Shown here one piece after another: positions 1 through 10,021 of a stretch of DNA of 64,000 nt. Under the pieces are notes generated by a model. That model was not told the origin of the DNA, searched no databases, and saw only the letters and a list, made by a program, of their open reading frames with translations. Source of the DNA: Oculatellaceae cyanobacterium bins.114 (GTDB lineage Bacteria > Cyanobacteriota > Cyanobacteriia > Elainellales > Elainellaceae); the NCBI GenBank assembly GCA_033764315.1, contig JANRJA010000137.1:46274-110273 (forward strand). The letters run 5' to 3'. Made by a program: the position numbers and the translations under genes. Position 1 is the first letter of the stretch. The number at the start of each line of letters is the position of its first letter.

Positions 1-42
1 AAGCCCACCCAGTAGTCAGATTTTCTGAAACCTCCAACTTCT

Positions 43-273
43 GTGATAGGTCTTGGTTTTGGTTTCAATGAACCAGTTCTGCAAGGCTAATTTAGTGGGT
101 TCCGCGATCGCCACTCGCAACTTGGTTGCCTCATTCAACAACATCAGCGCGATCGAGTAAAGAATGTTGACGTGATTGACATCGGACATCTCCACCAAAT
201 CAGCAATGGAGAAGAATACAACGAAATGCTTTTGCTCTCGCATCAGCCCCGCAAACTGATAGAGCAGCTCAGC
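43..273 (-). pseudogene. Probable internal fragment of a cyanobacterial P-loop ATPase gene
   Basis: Frame reads ELLYQFAGLMREQKHFVVFFSIADLVEMSDVNHVNILYSIAL directly after the brnA stop. It resembles, from memory, the post-Walker-A segment of a cyanobacterial ATPase family. No Walker A is present and the frame runs into a hairpin-repeat remnant at about 15-42. Confidence 0.4.
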
Positions 274-552
274 CTATTCCTGATTCGCTTCCATATAAGC
301 TCGTAATAGTTGATTGATATGGGTTTGATAGCCCCGTCCTTGAGACTTAAACCACGCTAAGACATCGCTATCAATGCGGAGTGTGACTTGAGCCTTGGCT
401 TTCGTTATAGGTAAACCTCGTCGCACTACAGCCTTAGCAAACATATCAGGTGTAATCTCTGGACAATCCGATAGATCAATATCTTCATCACTCATAGCAT
501 CTAACCGTTGCCAATCAGTTTGAGAGTTGGTCGAAGTAGATTCGTTGTTCAT
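274..552 (-). CDS. brnA: BrnA family antitoxin
   Basis: MNNESTS...TDWQRLDAMSDEDIDLSDCPE...VTLRIDSDVLAWFKSQGRGYQTHINQLLRAYM; C-terminal RHH-type motif; start ATG at 552 overlaps the 3' end of the toxin gene. Confidence 0.9.
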   Translation of the reverse strand: MNNESTSTNSQTDWQRLDAMSDEDIDLSDCPEITPDMFAKAVVRRGLPITKAKAQVTLRIDSDVLAWFKSQGRGYQTHINQLLRAYMEANQE

Positions 553-793
553 ATTTCGTCGCTTTTCTTGCAGAAATAATCCGGATACAATCCTCACGCT
601 CTGTGTGGACAACAGCGATGACTCGTCCTTGCAACAAACCGAATGTGACAAAACGCCGCTCCCCATACCTATAGCGATCGTCCTCAACGGTCAAAATGTC
701 ATTGTCAAACACCCTGGGAACATCGATAAAATCGATTCCGTGTTTACGAAGATTAGCAAGACGTTTTGCTTCATCCCATTCATATTCCATCAC
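515..793 (-). CDS. brnT: BrnT family toxin
   Basis: YEWDEAKRLANLRKHGIDF...YGERRF...RIISARKATKYE signature. Confidence 0.92.
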   Translation of the reverse strand: MMEYEWDEAKRLANLRKHGIDFIDVPRVFDNDILTVEDDRYRYGERRFVTFGLLQGRVIAVVHTEREDCIRIISARKATKYEQRIYFDQLSN

Positions 794-1016
794 GAAGCAA
801 CCACTCTAATAATCAATTGTAGTTACAAATTGTCGTTACAGTTGCCTATTCCTAACCCCGTTGATTTTGAATGCCCTGCGAATGACGTTAAGCCATTGTC
901 CACATCCAGAACTTGTGACATAACAAACTTATGACAGAACAATAGGTATTGTTGCCCCGATCGCCACTCACCCCATTTGGGCAGGATAATAAAAACACAT
1001 CTACTGACAGCCCGAT

Positions 1017-3038
1017 ATGAGCCTTTGCATTAATCCCCGCTGTCCACAACCCGACCATCCTGCCAATGACGGTAGCCGTTTTTGCGAGAGTTGCGGCTCT
1101 CATTTGGTCTTACAACAGCGATATCGCGTTTTGCGGTTGCTCAGTGACAAAAGCGGCTTTGGCAAAGTCTATGAAGCCTACGAACGCAGCGTTCCCAAAA
1201 TTCTAAAAGTTCTTAAAGACAATCACAGCACCAACCCCAAAGCGGTTGAGTTGTTTCAACAAGAGGCCGATGTGCTGAGTCAACTCAATCATCCCGGCAT
1301 TCCGTTGATTGAACCCAACGGCTACTTCCAGTTTCAGCCGAAGGATGGTTTGGGTGGGTTGCATTGCATCATCATGGAAAAGATTGATGGCCCCAACCTG
1401 CGCGAATGGATGAAGCAACAGGGCAACAACCCGATTAGTCAGCGACAGGCACTCAACTGGTTGCAACAAATTACAGATGTGTTGCATCTGGTTCACCTCA
1501 AAAATTACTTCCATCGTGATATCAAACCTGACAACTTGATGTTGCGCTCAAATGGGCAAGTCGTGCTGGTCGATTTTGGGGCAGCACGAGAGATGACCTA
1601 TACCTATCTGGCACAACTCAGCGGCGGCTCAACTGGGGTAACGCGTATCAGTTCAGCGGGCTACACCCCTCCCGAACAAGAGTATGGGCAAGCGGTGCCT
1701 CAGTCTGATTTTTATGCGTTGGGGCGCACCTTTATCTATTTATTGACAGCTAAACTGCCAACCGACAGTGGCATCTATGATTCCCTCAACAATGAATTTC
1801 GCTGGCGCGATTATGCGCCGCAAATCTCTCCTCGATTTGCCGATTTTATCGATCGCCTGGTTGCCCCTAGAGCCAGCGATCGCCCCAAAAATACGCAAGA
1901 TATTTTAGACGAGTTAGCTCGCATTGCGGCTGATGTCGGATCACCTGCTCCTCAGCCGATCGCTCCTACGGTGATTAAGACCTTCAACGATTCGGGAACG
2001 GTGGCTCAAGCCTCAACTCCCAACTGGACACCAACCATTCCTAAGCGGTGGTTAGTGAGTGGAGTTGCGGCCCTGTTGTTAGCAGTGAGCGGTGCAGCGG
2101 GCTGGCATGTGTATCGGGGAATGGCGGGGAATGGTGGTACTGAGGCGATCGCCATCACTCAAACTCTGTCAGGGCACACAGGCGAGATCAAGTGTCTGCT
2201 GTTGGGGCCAGCGGGAACCCATCTGATCAGCGGCAGTGTCGATGCCACCATTCGCATTTGGGATGCCACAACGGGTCAGTTAGTGCAGACGCTAGAGGGA
2301 CACACCAGTTACATCAATGCGTTGATTGTCAGTCCCAATGGCAAGAATCTGATCAGTGGTAGTGCCGATGCCACCATTCGCATTTGGGATTTGCAAACGG
2401 GCAAGACCATTCGCACGCTGCAAGACTCAAGTTTTGTGAATACTCTAGACATCAGCCCAGATGGCAAAATATTAGTCAGTGGAGATGCTGATAACACCAT
2501 CAAAATCTGGGATGTTGCCACAGGAGAAGAATTGAAAACGCTGCGATCGCACACCAGCCCAGTGAATTCTGTGGTGTTTACCCCCGATGGCAAAAACTTG
2601 ATCAGTGGCAGTGCTGACAGCACGGTTAAACTGTGGGATGTGCATACAGGCGAAGTTATTCGCACCTTTACAGGGCACACTAGCTATGTCAATGCAGTTG
2701 AGGTTAGTCCCGATGGCAGTACGGTGGTGAGTGCCAGTGCTGATGACACGGTGAAGGTGTGGAATTTGCAAACGGGAGAAGTGATTCACACGTTGCAGGG
2801 GCACAAGAGTTTTGTCAACGCCGTGGTGATTAGCCCTGATGGCACCACCCTGATCAGCAGCAGTGCCGATGGCACGATCAAAGTTTGGGATTTAGCCACG
2901 GGTGAACTGCGCCGCACATTAACGGGTTACAACGCCCCAATCGATTTTTTTGTAGTGGACTTTAATCGTCAGTTGATGGGCACAGGCAGCAAGAGCCGAG
3001 ATATTAAGTTGTGGTCTTTTGAACTGCCGCAACGATGA
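1017..3038 (+). CDS. Ser/Thr protein kinase with N-terminal 4-Cys motif, TM segment and C-terminal WD40 propeller
   Basis: CINPRC...FCESCG prefix; GFGKVY, HRDIKPDN, DFG, GYTPPEQ kinase motifs; TM WLVSGVAALLLAVSGAAGW; repeated GH...SPDG...SGS.D.TI.IWD units. Confidence 0.93.
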   Translation: MSLCINPRCPQPDHPANDGSRFCESCGSHLVLQQRYRVLRLLSDKSGFGKVYEAYERSVPKILKVLKDNHSTNPKAVELFQQEADVLSQLNHPGIPLIEPNGYFQFQPKDGLGGLHCIIMEKIDGPNLREWMKQQGNNPISQRQALNWLQQITDVLHLVHLKNYFHRDIKPDNLMLRSNGQVVLVDFGAAREMTYTYLAQLSGGSTGVTRISSAGYTPPEQEYGQAVPQSDFYALGRTFIYLLTAKLPTDSGIYDSLNNEFRWRDYAPQISPRFADFIDRLVAPRASDRPKNTQDILDELARIAADVGSPAPQPIAPTVIKTFNDSGTVAQASTPNWTPTIPKRWLVSGVAALLLAVSGAAGWHVYRGMAGNGGTEAIAITQTLSGHTGEIKCLLLGPAGTHLISGSVDATIRIWDATTGQLVQTLEGHTSYINALIVSPNGKNLISGSADATIRIWDLQTGKTIRTLQDSSFVNTLDISPDGKILVSGDADNTIKIWDVATGEELKTLRSHTSPVNSVVFTPDGKNLISGSADSTVKLWDVHTGEVIRTFTGHTSYVNAVEVSPDGSTVVSASADDTVKVWNLQTGEVIHTLQGHKSFVNAVVISPDGTTLISSSADGTIKVWDLATGELRRTLTGYNAPIDFFVVDFNRQLMGTGSKSRDIKLWSFELPQR

Positions 3039-3043
3039 AGCAC

Positions 3044-3673
3044 TCAGCTTTCGCTACCCACGACTCGGTTGTTATAAAGACTCATAGCTTTCGCAACCCC
3101 CTCTTTCAAACTCATTTCTACAGCATCCGTCACCAGGTGCAACACCTCCGAGACGATCGCCCCTTCTGCTTTTGAGAACTGTCCTAAGACGTGCGAAATC
3201 GTGTCTTTGTTATCAGCTGCGACTTTGGGTGCTCCAATGCCAATCCGGAGACGTGGGAAGTTTTGAGTTCCTAAATGGGCGATCGCCGATTTCATCCCAT
3301 TGTGACCTCCCGCAGACCCCGATAGGCGCAACCGCAGTCGGCCAAGGGGCAAATCCATTTCGTCATAGACCACTAACACTGATTCGGGAGGCAACTTATA
3401 CCAGTCGATTGCCGCTCGAATCGATTGCCCTGAGAGATTCATAAAGGTCAGGGGTTTTAATAAGCGAATCTTGTCTGTTTTTGGCGCACGCCCCTCGCCA
3501 TAGGTGCCTTGAAATTTACGATTTTCGGCAAGCGAAACTCCCCACCGACGGGCTAATTGATCAACCGCCTCAAACCCAATGTTATGGCGTGTTTGGTTAT
3601 ATTTCTCACCAGGATTGCCCAATCCCACAATGAGTTGGGGAATCACTAAGGCAGAAGAGGTAGTGTCTGTCAT
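3044..3673 (-). CDS. pth: Peptidyl-tRNA hydrolase
   Basis: LIVGLGNPG..Y..TRHNIGF, KPLTFMNLSG, GSAGGHNGMKS, RLRIGIG. Confidence 0.97.
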   Translation of the reverse strand: MTDTTSSALVIPQLIVGLGNPGEKYNQTRHNIGFEAVDQLARRWGVSLAENRKFQGTYGEGRAPKTDKIRLLKPLTFMNLSGQSIRAAIDWYKLPPESVLVVYDEMDLPLGRLRLRLSGSAGGHNGMKSAIAHLGTQNFPRLRIGIGAPKVAADNKDTISHVLGQFSKAEGAIVSEVLHLVTDAVEMSLKEGVAKAMSLYNNRVVGSES

Positions 3674-3697
3674 CTCATGTCTGAGGCGATCGCCCTC

Positions 3698-4021
3698 TTA
3701 ACCTTGTTGAGACTGACTAACGGGGGCTTCTTCAGAGACAATCTCAGCCATTTGCTCTTCTGGCTCATCGGTGTCTGGGGTAGCCGTCAATGCCTTAGGT
3801 TCAGGATCGAGTTTCGCTTCCATCGGAGTCGCAACTACCTTTTCAAGACGCTCTGCTTCCTTCTTAAACTCATTCTCAAACTCTTTTGAAGCTTCTTGAA
3901 AGCCCCGAATCGCTTTGCCCAGACTCTTGCCAATCTCCGGTAACTTTTTAGGGCCAAAGATCAACAGTGCCAAAACCATAATCAATGCCATTTCAGGCAA
4001 GCCAATCCCAAAGATATTCAC
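3698..4021 (-). CDS. tatA: TatA/E family twin-arginine translocase subunit
   Basis: MNIFGIGLPEMALIMVLALLIFGPKKLPEIGKSLGKAIRGF; usual psbH-tatA-pth synteny. Confidence 0.92.
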   Translation of the reverse strand: MNIFGIGLPEMALIMVLALLIFGPKKLPEIGKSLGKAIRGFQEASKEFENEFKKEAERLEKVVATPMEAKLDPEPKALTATPDTDEPEEQMAEIVSEEAPVSQSQQG

Positions 4022-4170
4022 AACACGTCCTCCTGAAATTGCCTGGACTTCGCGCCAGTCCGTTAATCATCCCATTCAACATCAACGCGATCTTGCTTTA
4101 CCCTAGCATCTCACCCATAGCTCTGGAGCGATTATCCCAAAGAGGAAAATGCTTTGCCTCGCCATTCAAT

Positions 4171-4198
4171 AAAAAAAGCCCTGAAAAAACTCCAGGGC
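4171..4198 (-). terminator. Hairpin plus T-run downstream of psbH
   Basis: GCCCTG-loop-CAGGGC stem preceded by A7 on the + strand (T7 after the stem on the - strand). Confidence 0.55.
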
Positions 4199-4255
4199 AT
4201 CGCATACTCTTTGGAGTATCGAGTAGCCAACCAGACATAAAGAACCTAAAACTGA

Positions 4256-4459
4256 CTAGCGGCCCAAGCTCTGCCAGTCTACATCCACATTCTCCAACAG
4301 CAAAGATGAGTTGTAGATTTGCAGAATGATTAACAAAAAGACAAAGAACAAAAGCATAAAAACTGCCATCAGGGGGGTGGTTCCCCAACCTGGAGCAACT
4401 TTGCCATATTCAGAGTTCAGGGGCTTGAGAACATCTCCCAGGCGAGTGCGCTGTGCCAT
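4256..4459 (-). CDS. psbH: Photosystem II PsbH
   Basis: [31 protein letters not shown]; start taken at ATG 4459. Confidence 0.97.
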   Translation of the reverse strand: MAQRTRLGDVLKPLNSEYGKVAPGWGTTPLMAVFMLLFFVFLLIILQIYNSSLLLENVDVDWQSLGR

Positions 4460-4714
4460 GTTTAACCTGCGATTGATACAAAACTTGAATTTTCTGTAAT
4501 ACACCTTATTGAAAGCGGTGCATTATATAAGAGTCTACCAGCTAAAGCTTAAGCAAAAGCTAATGCGGATAGATCAAATATGAAAAATTGTTACATCAAC
4601 CAGGGTACTCATATTCAACAAGCGATCGCCCTAAAATGAGAACTTTTGTTGCAAATCTTGTAGAATAATGAGTGGATGTTATATAGAAGCTAGTTTAATC
4701 TAGAGAGTTTGCTT

Positions 4715-4846
4715 ATGGAACCTGCAGCTGTTCTGAGTATTTCTATCGGTGCCATATTAGTCGCGATTACAGGAATGGCGGTTTACACCGCGTTTGGGCC
4801 ACCCTCTAAGCAGCTAGATGATCCCTTTGAAGATCACGAAGATTAA
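4715..4846 (+). CDS. psbN: PsbN (43 aa; below the ORF-track cutoff)
   Basis: Manually translated [43 protein letters not shown]; divergent from psbH. Confidence 0.96.
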   Translation: MEPAAVLSISIGAILVAITGMAVYTAFGPPSKQLDDPFEDHED

Positions 4847-5073
4847 GCTTGATAGCTATTCATAGGGCGATATATGTGGTGAGTCACATCGCTCTAAGTT
4901 GGACTGAGTATTGGTTCAACAGGTTTGAAAGCCGAGCCTTGGGGGACACTTCCCCCAACCCCCCTCGCTGAGAGACGAGGCACGTCCCAACTCCCGACCC
5001 AAGGAGTGTAGCAACAGGATTAGGGCGCGCTTCGCATCAGTACCCAGTTCGGGTGTTTCTGGTTGTTGGATGT

Positions 5074-8000
5074 TTACTCATCAGGGCTAGATTTTACTGG
5101 GATGCGAACGGTGATGATCTTCCAGGAGTCAACGTCGATGAACTGAGTTGGTTCGCTGGTTGAGGGCGATCGCTCTAACAAATTAGTTGAGGTGAGGCTT
5201 GCAAAATCTAGCACTGGGTTTAGCAAGTCAGATCTTGTCTGTGCCCAACTCAGTTGGGCTGATGTGCCCTGACACTCATAGCCTCTGAGAATCCAGTGGT
5301 TTGCGTCATCTTCAGACGGCTTAAAGGCAGTCAGGATTAGGTTTTCCGCTTCAAGAGTGAGAAATTGCCCCACAGGGGGCAGCGCATCTGACTGAGCCGC
5401 AAGCGTGGGATTGAAGATAACGTGCAAGGGTTGGTTGAGTTCATAGCCCCGATGTACCGTCTGAGCCGTTTGCCAGGTACCCATGTGGGGATAGAGCGCG
5501 TAGGTAAACTGGTGCAATCCGCGATCGGCGTTGGGGTTGGGCCAACTCGCACTCCGCAACAAGGTTAGCCGCAGTTGGGAGGGTTGACTGTCATAGCCGT
5601 GTTTACAGTCATTTAATAAGCTGACCCCATATTCCGCATCACCCAAATCTGCCCATTGTAGGGCGGGTACCTCCCACTTGGCTTTGTCGTGGGGTGTGGT
5701 GGGTTGAGTCGGTCGGGCGATCGCCCCAAAAGGAATCTCGTAGGTGGCGCGATCGCTTGTAATCGTGAGGGGAAATGCCGCTTTCACCATAACGGCTCGT
5801 TCTTGCCAATCGACGGTGGTTTCGATCTTGAGCACGGGTGAATCGGCGGTCAGAATGTAGTCCTGACAAAACTCAGAGTGTCCTAACACCCGTCTGATGC
5901 GAATCCGCTGGATAACTGCACCCCATTCCACCCATTCAATCGAGGTGAGCACCGGATCGGGGAGGGGATGCCGTGCGTAATTAGGATCAATATTCCAGGC
6001 ATCCCAATATTGACCGCTGTCGCGAAAAGCTTGCAGTTGGTTGCCCGGAGCACTCAACACGTCACGCTGATGAACCTTATCAAACACACGAGCCAGATTT
6101 CCGGTGGTTGGTTCCACCTTGACTCGCAAATAGTTGTTCTCCATCGTCCACTCGGTTGGGGCGGACGGAGAAGCCAGTGTTTCAGCCTGAATGGGGCATT
6201 GACAGAGCCACAGGACTGCATAGCCCACTCCCGGAATGCTGGATGTCAGACAGTAGAGAAGATCTGCTTCTAGTTGAGTGGGCAACCATTCTCCACGGGA
6301 GGTGCAAATTTGCCACTGATAGCCTGTTGCTGGGGAGTGGGGTAGAGCGATCGCCACCACGTCTGATCGGTTCCAGGTCAACGGGTTGACGATGAAAATG
6401 GGGTAACTGTGGGGCTGAGGAGGTGTTAGGGAAATGTGAGTTGCGATCGCCTCTAATGAGGTTTTGAGAATCGAAGTTGCTGTTTGCAGGGCGGCTTGCC
6501 ACTCTCGATTGGCGTCGTCATACACTTCAGAAATCGCAGACCCCGGCAAAATATCGTGAAACTGATTGAAGAGCACCCGCTTCCACGCTGTTTCTAAGTC
6601 CACTTTGGGATAGGTCGCTCCGGTGAGCAGAGTAGCGATCGAAGCAAAGAGTTCTGCCTGGTAAAGCGATCGCTCACAGCGGCGATTCCACCGTTTTTGG
6701 TCAGCATGAGTGGTGTAACAGCCGCGATGAAATTCCAGGTAGAGTTCGGTATCCCAAATCGGGAATGGGGAGGTAGAGACGCGATTCATCGCGTCAGTGC
6801 CAGGAGAGACACGATTCATCGCGTCAGTGCCAGGAGAGACACGATTCATCGCGTCAGTACCAGGGAGAGGGGGTGGATTTTGGATTTTGGATTTTGGATT
6901 TTGGATTTTGGATTTTGGATTTTGAATGTTCTCCAGATATTCTTGTGCCGTAGTAAAGCAAAGTGTCGGAAAAAAAGGCGATTGTTGCCAGCGACGAGCC
7001 ACCATGAGCATGTCATGGGTAGGCCCACCCCCATGATCACCGACTCCGACTAACCATTGGGCGAGTGGAATGCCCGTTTTTGCTTCCCAGGTGGCGGCAT
7101 AATGCGCCATTTTGACGGGGTCGATGCTTTCGCCAATGGGGGGTGAGTTAAAGCTGAGAATCTCGCTGCCATCGGGCGATCGCCACTTAAACCACTCATA
7201 CGGAAACTGGGTAGTGTCATTCCAGCGCAGCTTTTGAGTGACAAAATAGGTGATTTCGCCTTGAGTTAAGATCTGCGGCAACTGCCAGCAAAACCCAAAA
7301 CTGTCAGGCAACCAGGCGATCGCACTGACTTTTCCAAATTTTTGCTCGGTGTAACGCTGTCCATAAAGTACCTGACGGGCGATCGACTCGCCGCTAACAA
7401 CGTTAAACTCTGGCTCGACCCACAATCCGGCGGCAACCTCCCAGCGTTCCTCAGCCACCTGGTGTTGGATAGCCGCGAACAAGTCAGGACGATTGTGTTC
7501 AACCCAGTCATATAGAGCTGGGCTAGAGTGACAAAAGATCAGGTCTGAAAAATCTTGCTGTAGGTGTAGCACGGAGTTAAAGGTGCGTTCCGCTGCATCC
7601 CAGGTTTCATCCACCGTCCACAACCACGCCAAATCCAGGTGCGCGTGTCCTAACAAGGCGATCTGACGCTGTTTGATCCAGGTGCTCAAGGGTTGCAACT
7701 GTTTTCGTAGGTGAGTGAGCGATCGCTCAAAAGTCAGATAATCCCCTACTGTCGCCCAATCGATGTGCTGGATTGCCTCTGCCAAACTGGGTAACTGGTC
7801 AGGGGCAAATTGGCTTAGATAGTGCTGTAACACGGCTAGCTCATCCGCCACAAAACCCGGCTCAGGGCAAGGATTGACAGATCCATCGGCTCGTTCATAG
7901 ACACAGAGCGATCGCACCAGTGCCCCATCGTCATGACCGGGACTGATTAACCGCAGGGCAATCTCGATGACTTCTCCCGGTTGGGCGGTTTCACTTAAGA

Positions 8001-8415
8001 CAATTCGAGCAGAGGCATCAAAAATATCTCCCGATTGCACCAACGCCCCATTCACAAAAATCTCTGCTAATCTTGCCCACCAAGTCAGGGCTAGCCGCAG
8101 TGTCAATCCCTCAAGGGGGTACCCTTGCAAATCATGAGGAATGACAATTTGTTGTCCTAACCACAAAACCTGCCGACCTTTTGCCCAGGCAACGTGATCG
8201 CGGGCATTACACGCACCAATTTCCCAAGTTTCCCAGGTGGCTGATTGGGTTGCGGTAGCCACAGGCAGATCGCCTAAATGAATACGCCAGTTGGGTTGCA
8301 CTGAAATTTGAGTGAGCTGACGCAGATGGGTGATTGCCACCTCAATAGACTTCACAAGTTGGGAATCAACACTTTCGTCAGAGGAAGTCAAGACGGATGC
8401 AACAGAGTCGGTCAT
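5074..8415 (-). CDS. GH38 alpha-mannosidase
   Basis: GHAHLDLAWLW, AWLPDSFG, GVGDHGGGP, ELYLEFHRGCYT, NQFHDILPG motifs. Confidence 0.95.
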   Translation of the reverse strand: MTDSVASVLTSSDESVDSQLVKSIEVAITHLRQLTQISVQPNWRIHLGDLPVATATQSATWETWEIGACNARDHVAWAKGRQVLWLGQQIVIPHDLQGYPLEGLTLRLALTWWARLAEIFVNGALVQSGDIFDASARIVLSETAQPGEVIEIALRLISPGHDDGALVRSLCVYERADGSVNPCPEPGFVADELAVLQHYLSQFAPDQLPSLAEAIQHIDWATVGDYLTFERSLTHLRKQLQPLSTWIKQRQIALLGHAHLDLAWLWTVDETWDAAERTFNSVLHLQQDFSDLIFCHSSPALYDWVEHNRPDLFAAIQHQVAEERWEVAAGLWVEPEFNVVSGESIARQVLYGQRYTEQKFGKVSAIAWLPDSFGFCWQLPQILTQGEITYFVTQKLRWNDTTQFPYEWFKWRSPDGSEILSFNSPPIGESIDPVKMAHYAATWEAKTGIPLAQWLVGVGDHGGGPTHDMLMVARRWQQSPFFPTLCFTTAQEYLENIQNPKSKIQNPKSKIQNPPPLPGTDAMNRVSPGTDAMNRVSPGTDAMNRVSTSPFPIWDTELYLEFHRGCYTTHADQKRWNRRCERSLYQAELFASIATLLTGATYPKVDLETAWKRVLFNQFHDILPGSAISEVYDDANREWQAALQTATSILKTSLEAIATHISLTPPQPHSYPIFIVNPLTWNRSDVVAIALPHSPATGYQWQICTSRGEWLPTQLEADLLYCLTSSIPGVGYAVLWLCQCPIQAETLASPSAPTEWTMENNYLRVKVEPTTGNLARVFDKVHQRDVLSAPGNQLQAFRDSGQYWDAWNIDPNYARHPLPDPVLTSIEWVEWGAVIQRIRIRRVLGHSEFCQDYILTADSPVLKIETTVDWQERAVMVKAAFPLTITSDRATYEIPFGAIARPTQPTTPHDKAKWEVPALQWADLGDAEYGVSLLNDCKHGYDSQPSQLRLTLLRSASWPNPNADRGLHQFTYALYPHMGTWQTAQTVHRGYELNQPLHVIFNPTLAAQSDALPPVGQFLTLEAENLILTAFKPSEDDANHWILRGYECQGTSAQLSWAQTRSDLLNPVLDFASLTSTNLLERSPSTSEPTQFIDVDSWKIITVRIPVKSSPDE
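6775..6864. repeat. 3 x 30-bp tandem repeat containing the palindrome GAC(G/A)CGATTCATCGCGTC, in frame inside the mannosidase
   Basis: Units at 6775, 6805 and 6835; encode PGTDAMNRVS x3. Confidence 0.95.
6875..6923. repeat. 7 x GGATTTT heptamer (STRR-type) inside the mannosidase
   Basis: Seven perfect copies; encode IQNPKSK repeats. Confidence 0.95.
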
Positions 8416-8516
8416 CTTTCTACTAAGATCGGGGCATTCCCCCTTTTAGGGATGGCGCGGTGCTCTCTGCACTCTACACCAGATTTTGCCGGTCTTTTTC
8501 TTTTTGTAGATCCCTC

Positions 8517-10013
8517 ATGTCATCCTCTAATCCCTATCAAAGTCGCTTGTTTAAGTTTGTTGTGCAACAAACGCGTCAGTTGCGCGATCGCTCTTTGCAA
8601 ACATGGCGGCAATTTCGGTTAGGAACGATTTGGGGAGCACAAATCGCATTGTATCCAATCTATGCAGCGTTTCAAGCCACACGGTTGGTCGGGAAGCAAC
8701 TGCGCCAGGTCGTGCGCCAGACCGCCCCCCGATTAAAAGCCGCTCAACGCACGCTGCAAAAGGTGACTCGTGCGCCAGAGCCAACTTCTGAGGTGCAGTC
8801 AGACACGCCCATAAAACAAACATTGGCGGTGGTGCAAGCGTTTGCCTTACCAGTCCTATCAGAGGCGATCGACGAAGCCAATCTTTTGACACCACCCATT
8901 CCCTGGACTCAACAATTTCCCACTTTGGTTCAAACGTTGTTGCTTAAAGTGCCCCCCTTCTCAAGTAGGGCTAGAGGAGATCAAGCGACTGCCCCATCTG
9001 CATTGATTCATTCCCCTGGGCAAGAATTGGCAACTGTCGAGCCAGATGTTTTGAGTCTGGCTCACGGTATGACTCCAACGGGAAAAGTTGTTTGTATTCC
9101 CTCTACTTTGCAAGCGACGGCTGATCAACTGGCAATGGTTCAGACCGACCCAATTCGGGGCATTGCGACCCTGCTGACGACCCGCAAGCTCGTATTCATA
9201 ACCGAACAAAATCACATTCTCGACATTCTGACCCCCGAACAGGATGACTATTTGCGGCGTTGCATCATTGGGGCGATCGCCAATTATTGGCGTTATTGGC
9301 GACAGTTGGCTTTGCCACAACCCTCTCAATTCAATGCTTTGCCGCCTCTCTCGGCTCGTCCCAATGCTCTGCCCCCAGTGCGATCGTTTTATGAGGTGAT
9401 GCGGTGGATGCAATATAGCCCTGTGGCGATCGCGGTTAATCTCTTCAACGAAGCCGTTCTCACCCCAGTTTCTAGCTCTCAAGAGCACTCCACTGACCTT
9501 GAAAACCCACATGACCCCTGGGAAGAGACAACCCCTGCCTCCAGTCTTACCCAGTTTTTGCAAGGTTGGTTCCGTCAGCAACCCTCTGCCCCAACAAACC
9601 CCACGGCTGACTCAACCACAGTTCCTGCTTTGCCTTCCAGAGCAAAGATGATGTTGCTGGAGGGGTCTCGTCGTATCGTTCCAGCCGTAACCAGGGCTGT
9701 CGTGTCGATGAAGACAACTTCTCAAGAACTCGTTGCCACCAAGGAGAGGATTGTAACCCAGTCTACCGATCTCGCTGTCTCTGCTGGAACGGGGTCACCC
9801 TTGGAACTGACCCCACTTGCTGAGATCCAGATTCAACCTGCCGATGGGTTACTCAGTCATCGTTCTACTGACAAAGATGCAATTGACATTCAGGCAACGT
9901 TGGTGGCTTACGTCAAACATCCGCTGCAACAGGTATTGGAATGGATTGATCTGGGAATGCTGTGGCTCGAAAAACGAGTGATGCAATTGGTCAGTTGGTT
10001 GCGTCGGAGTTAA
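8517..10013 (+). CDS. Hypothetical protein (conserved cyanobacterial type)
   Basis: Long ORF; likely start ATG 8517 (MSSSNPYQSRLF); structured-looking blocks separated by P/S/T-rich linkers; C-terminal YVKHPLQQVLEWIDLGMLWLE. Confidence 0.8.
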   Translation: MSSSNPYQSRLFKFVVQQTRQLRDRSLQTWRQFRLGTIWGAQIALYPIYAAFQATRLVGKQLRQVVRQTAPRLKAAQRTLQKVTRAPEPTSEVQSDTPIKQTLAVVQAFALPVLSEAIDEANLLTPPIPWTQQFPTLVQTLLLKVPPFSSRARGDQATAPSALIHSPGQELATVEPDVLSLAHGMTPTGKVVCIPSTLQATADQLAMVQTDPIRGIATLLTTRKLVFITEQNHILDILTPEQDDYLRRCIIGAIANYWRYWRQLALPQPSQFNALPPLSARPNALPPVRSFYEVMRWMQYSPVAIAVNLFNEAVLTPVSSSQEHSTDLENPHDPWEETTPASSLTQFLQGWFRQQPSAPTNPTADSTTVPALPSRAKMMLLEGSRRIVPAVTRAVVSMKTTSQELVATKERIVTQSTDLAVSAGTGSPLELTPLAEIQIQPADGLLSHRSTDKDAIDIQATLVAYVKHPLQQVLEWIDLGMLWLEKRVMQLVSWLRRS

Positions 10014-10021
10014 TTTAGACC

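Noticed and set aside
4930..5060. GC-rich hairpin cluster downstream of psbN
   Set aside because: Probably a decayed dispersed repeat, but there is no clear second copy or definable ends in this window.
6775..6864. Possible CRISPR array (palindromic ~30-bp repeats)
   Set aside because: Units are directly tandem with no unique spacers, lie in frame in a CDS, and no cas genes are in the window.
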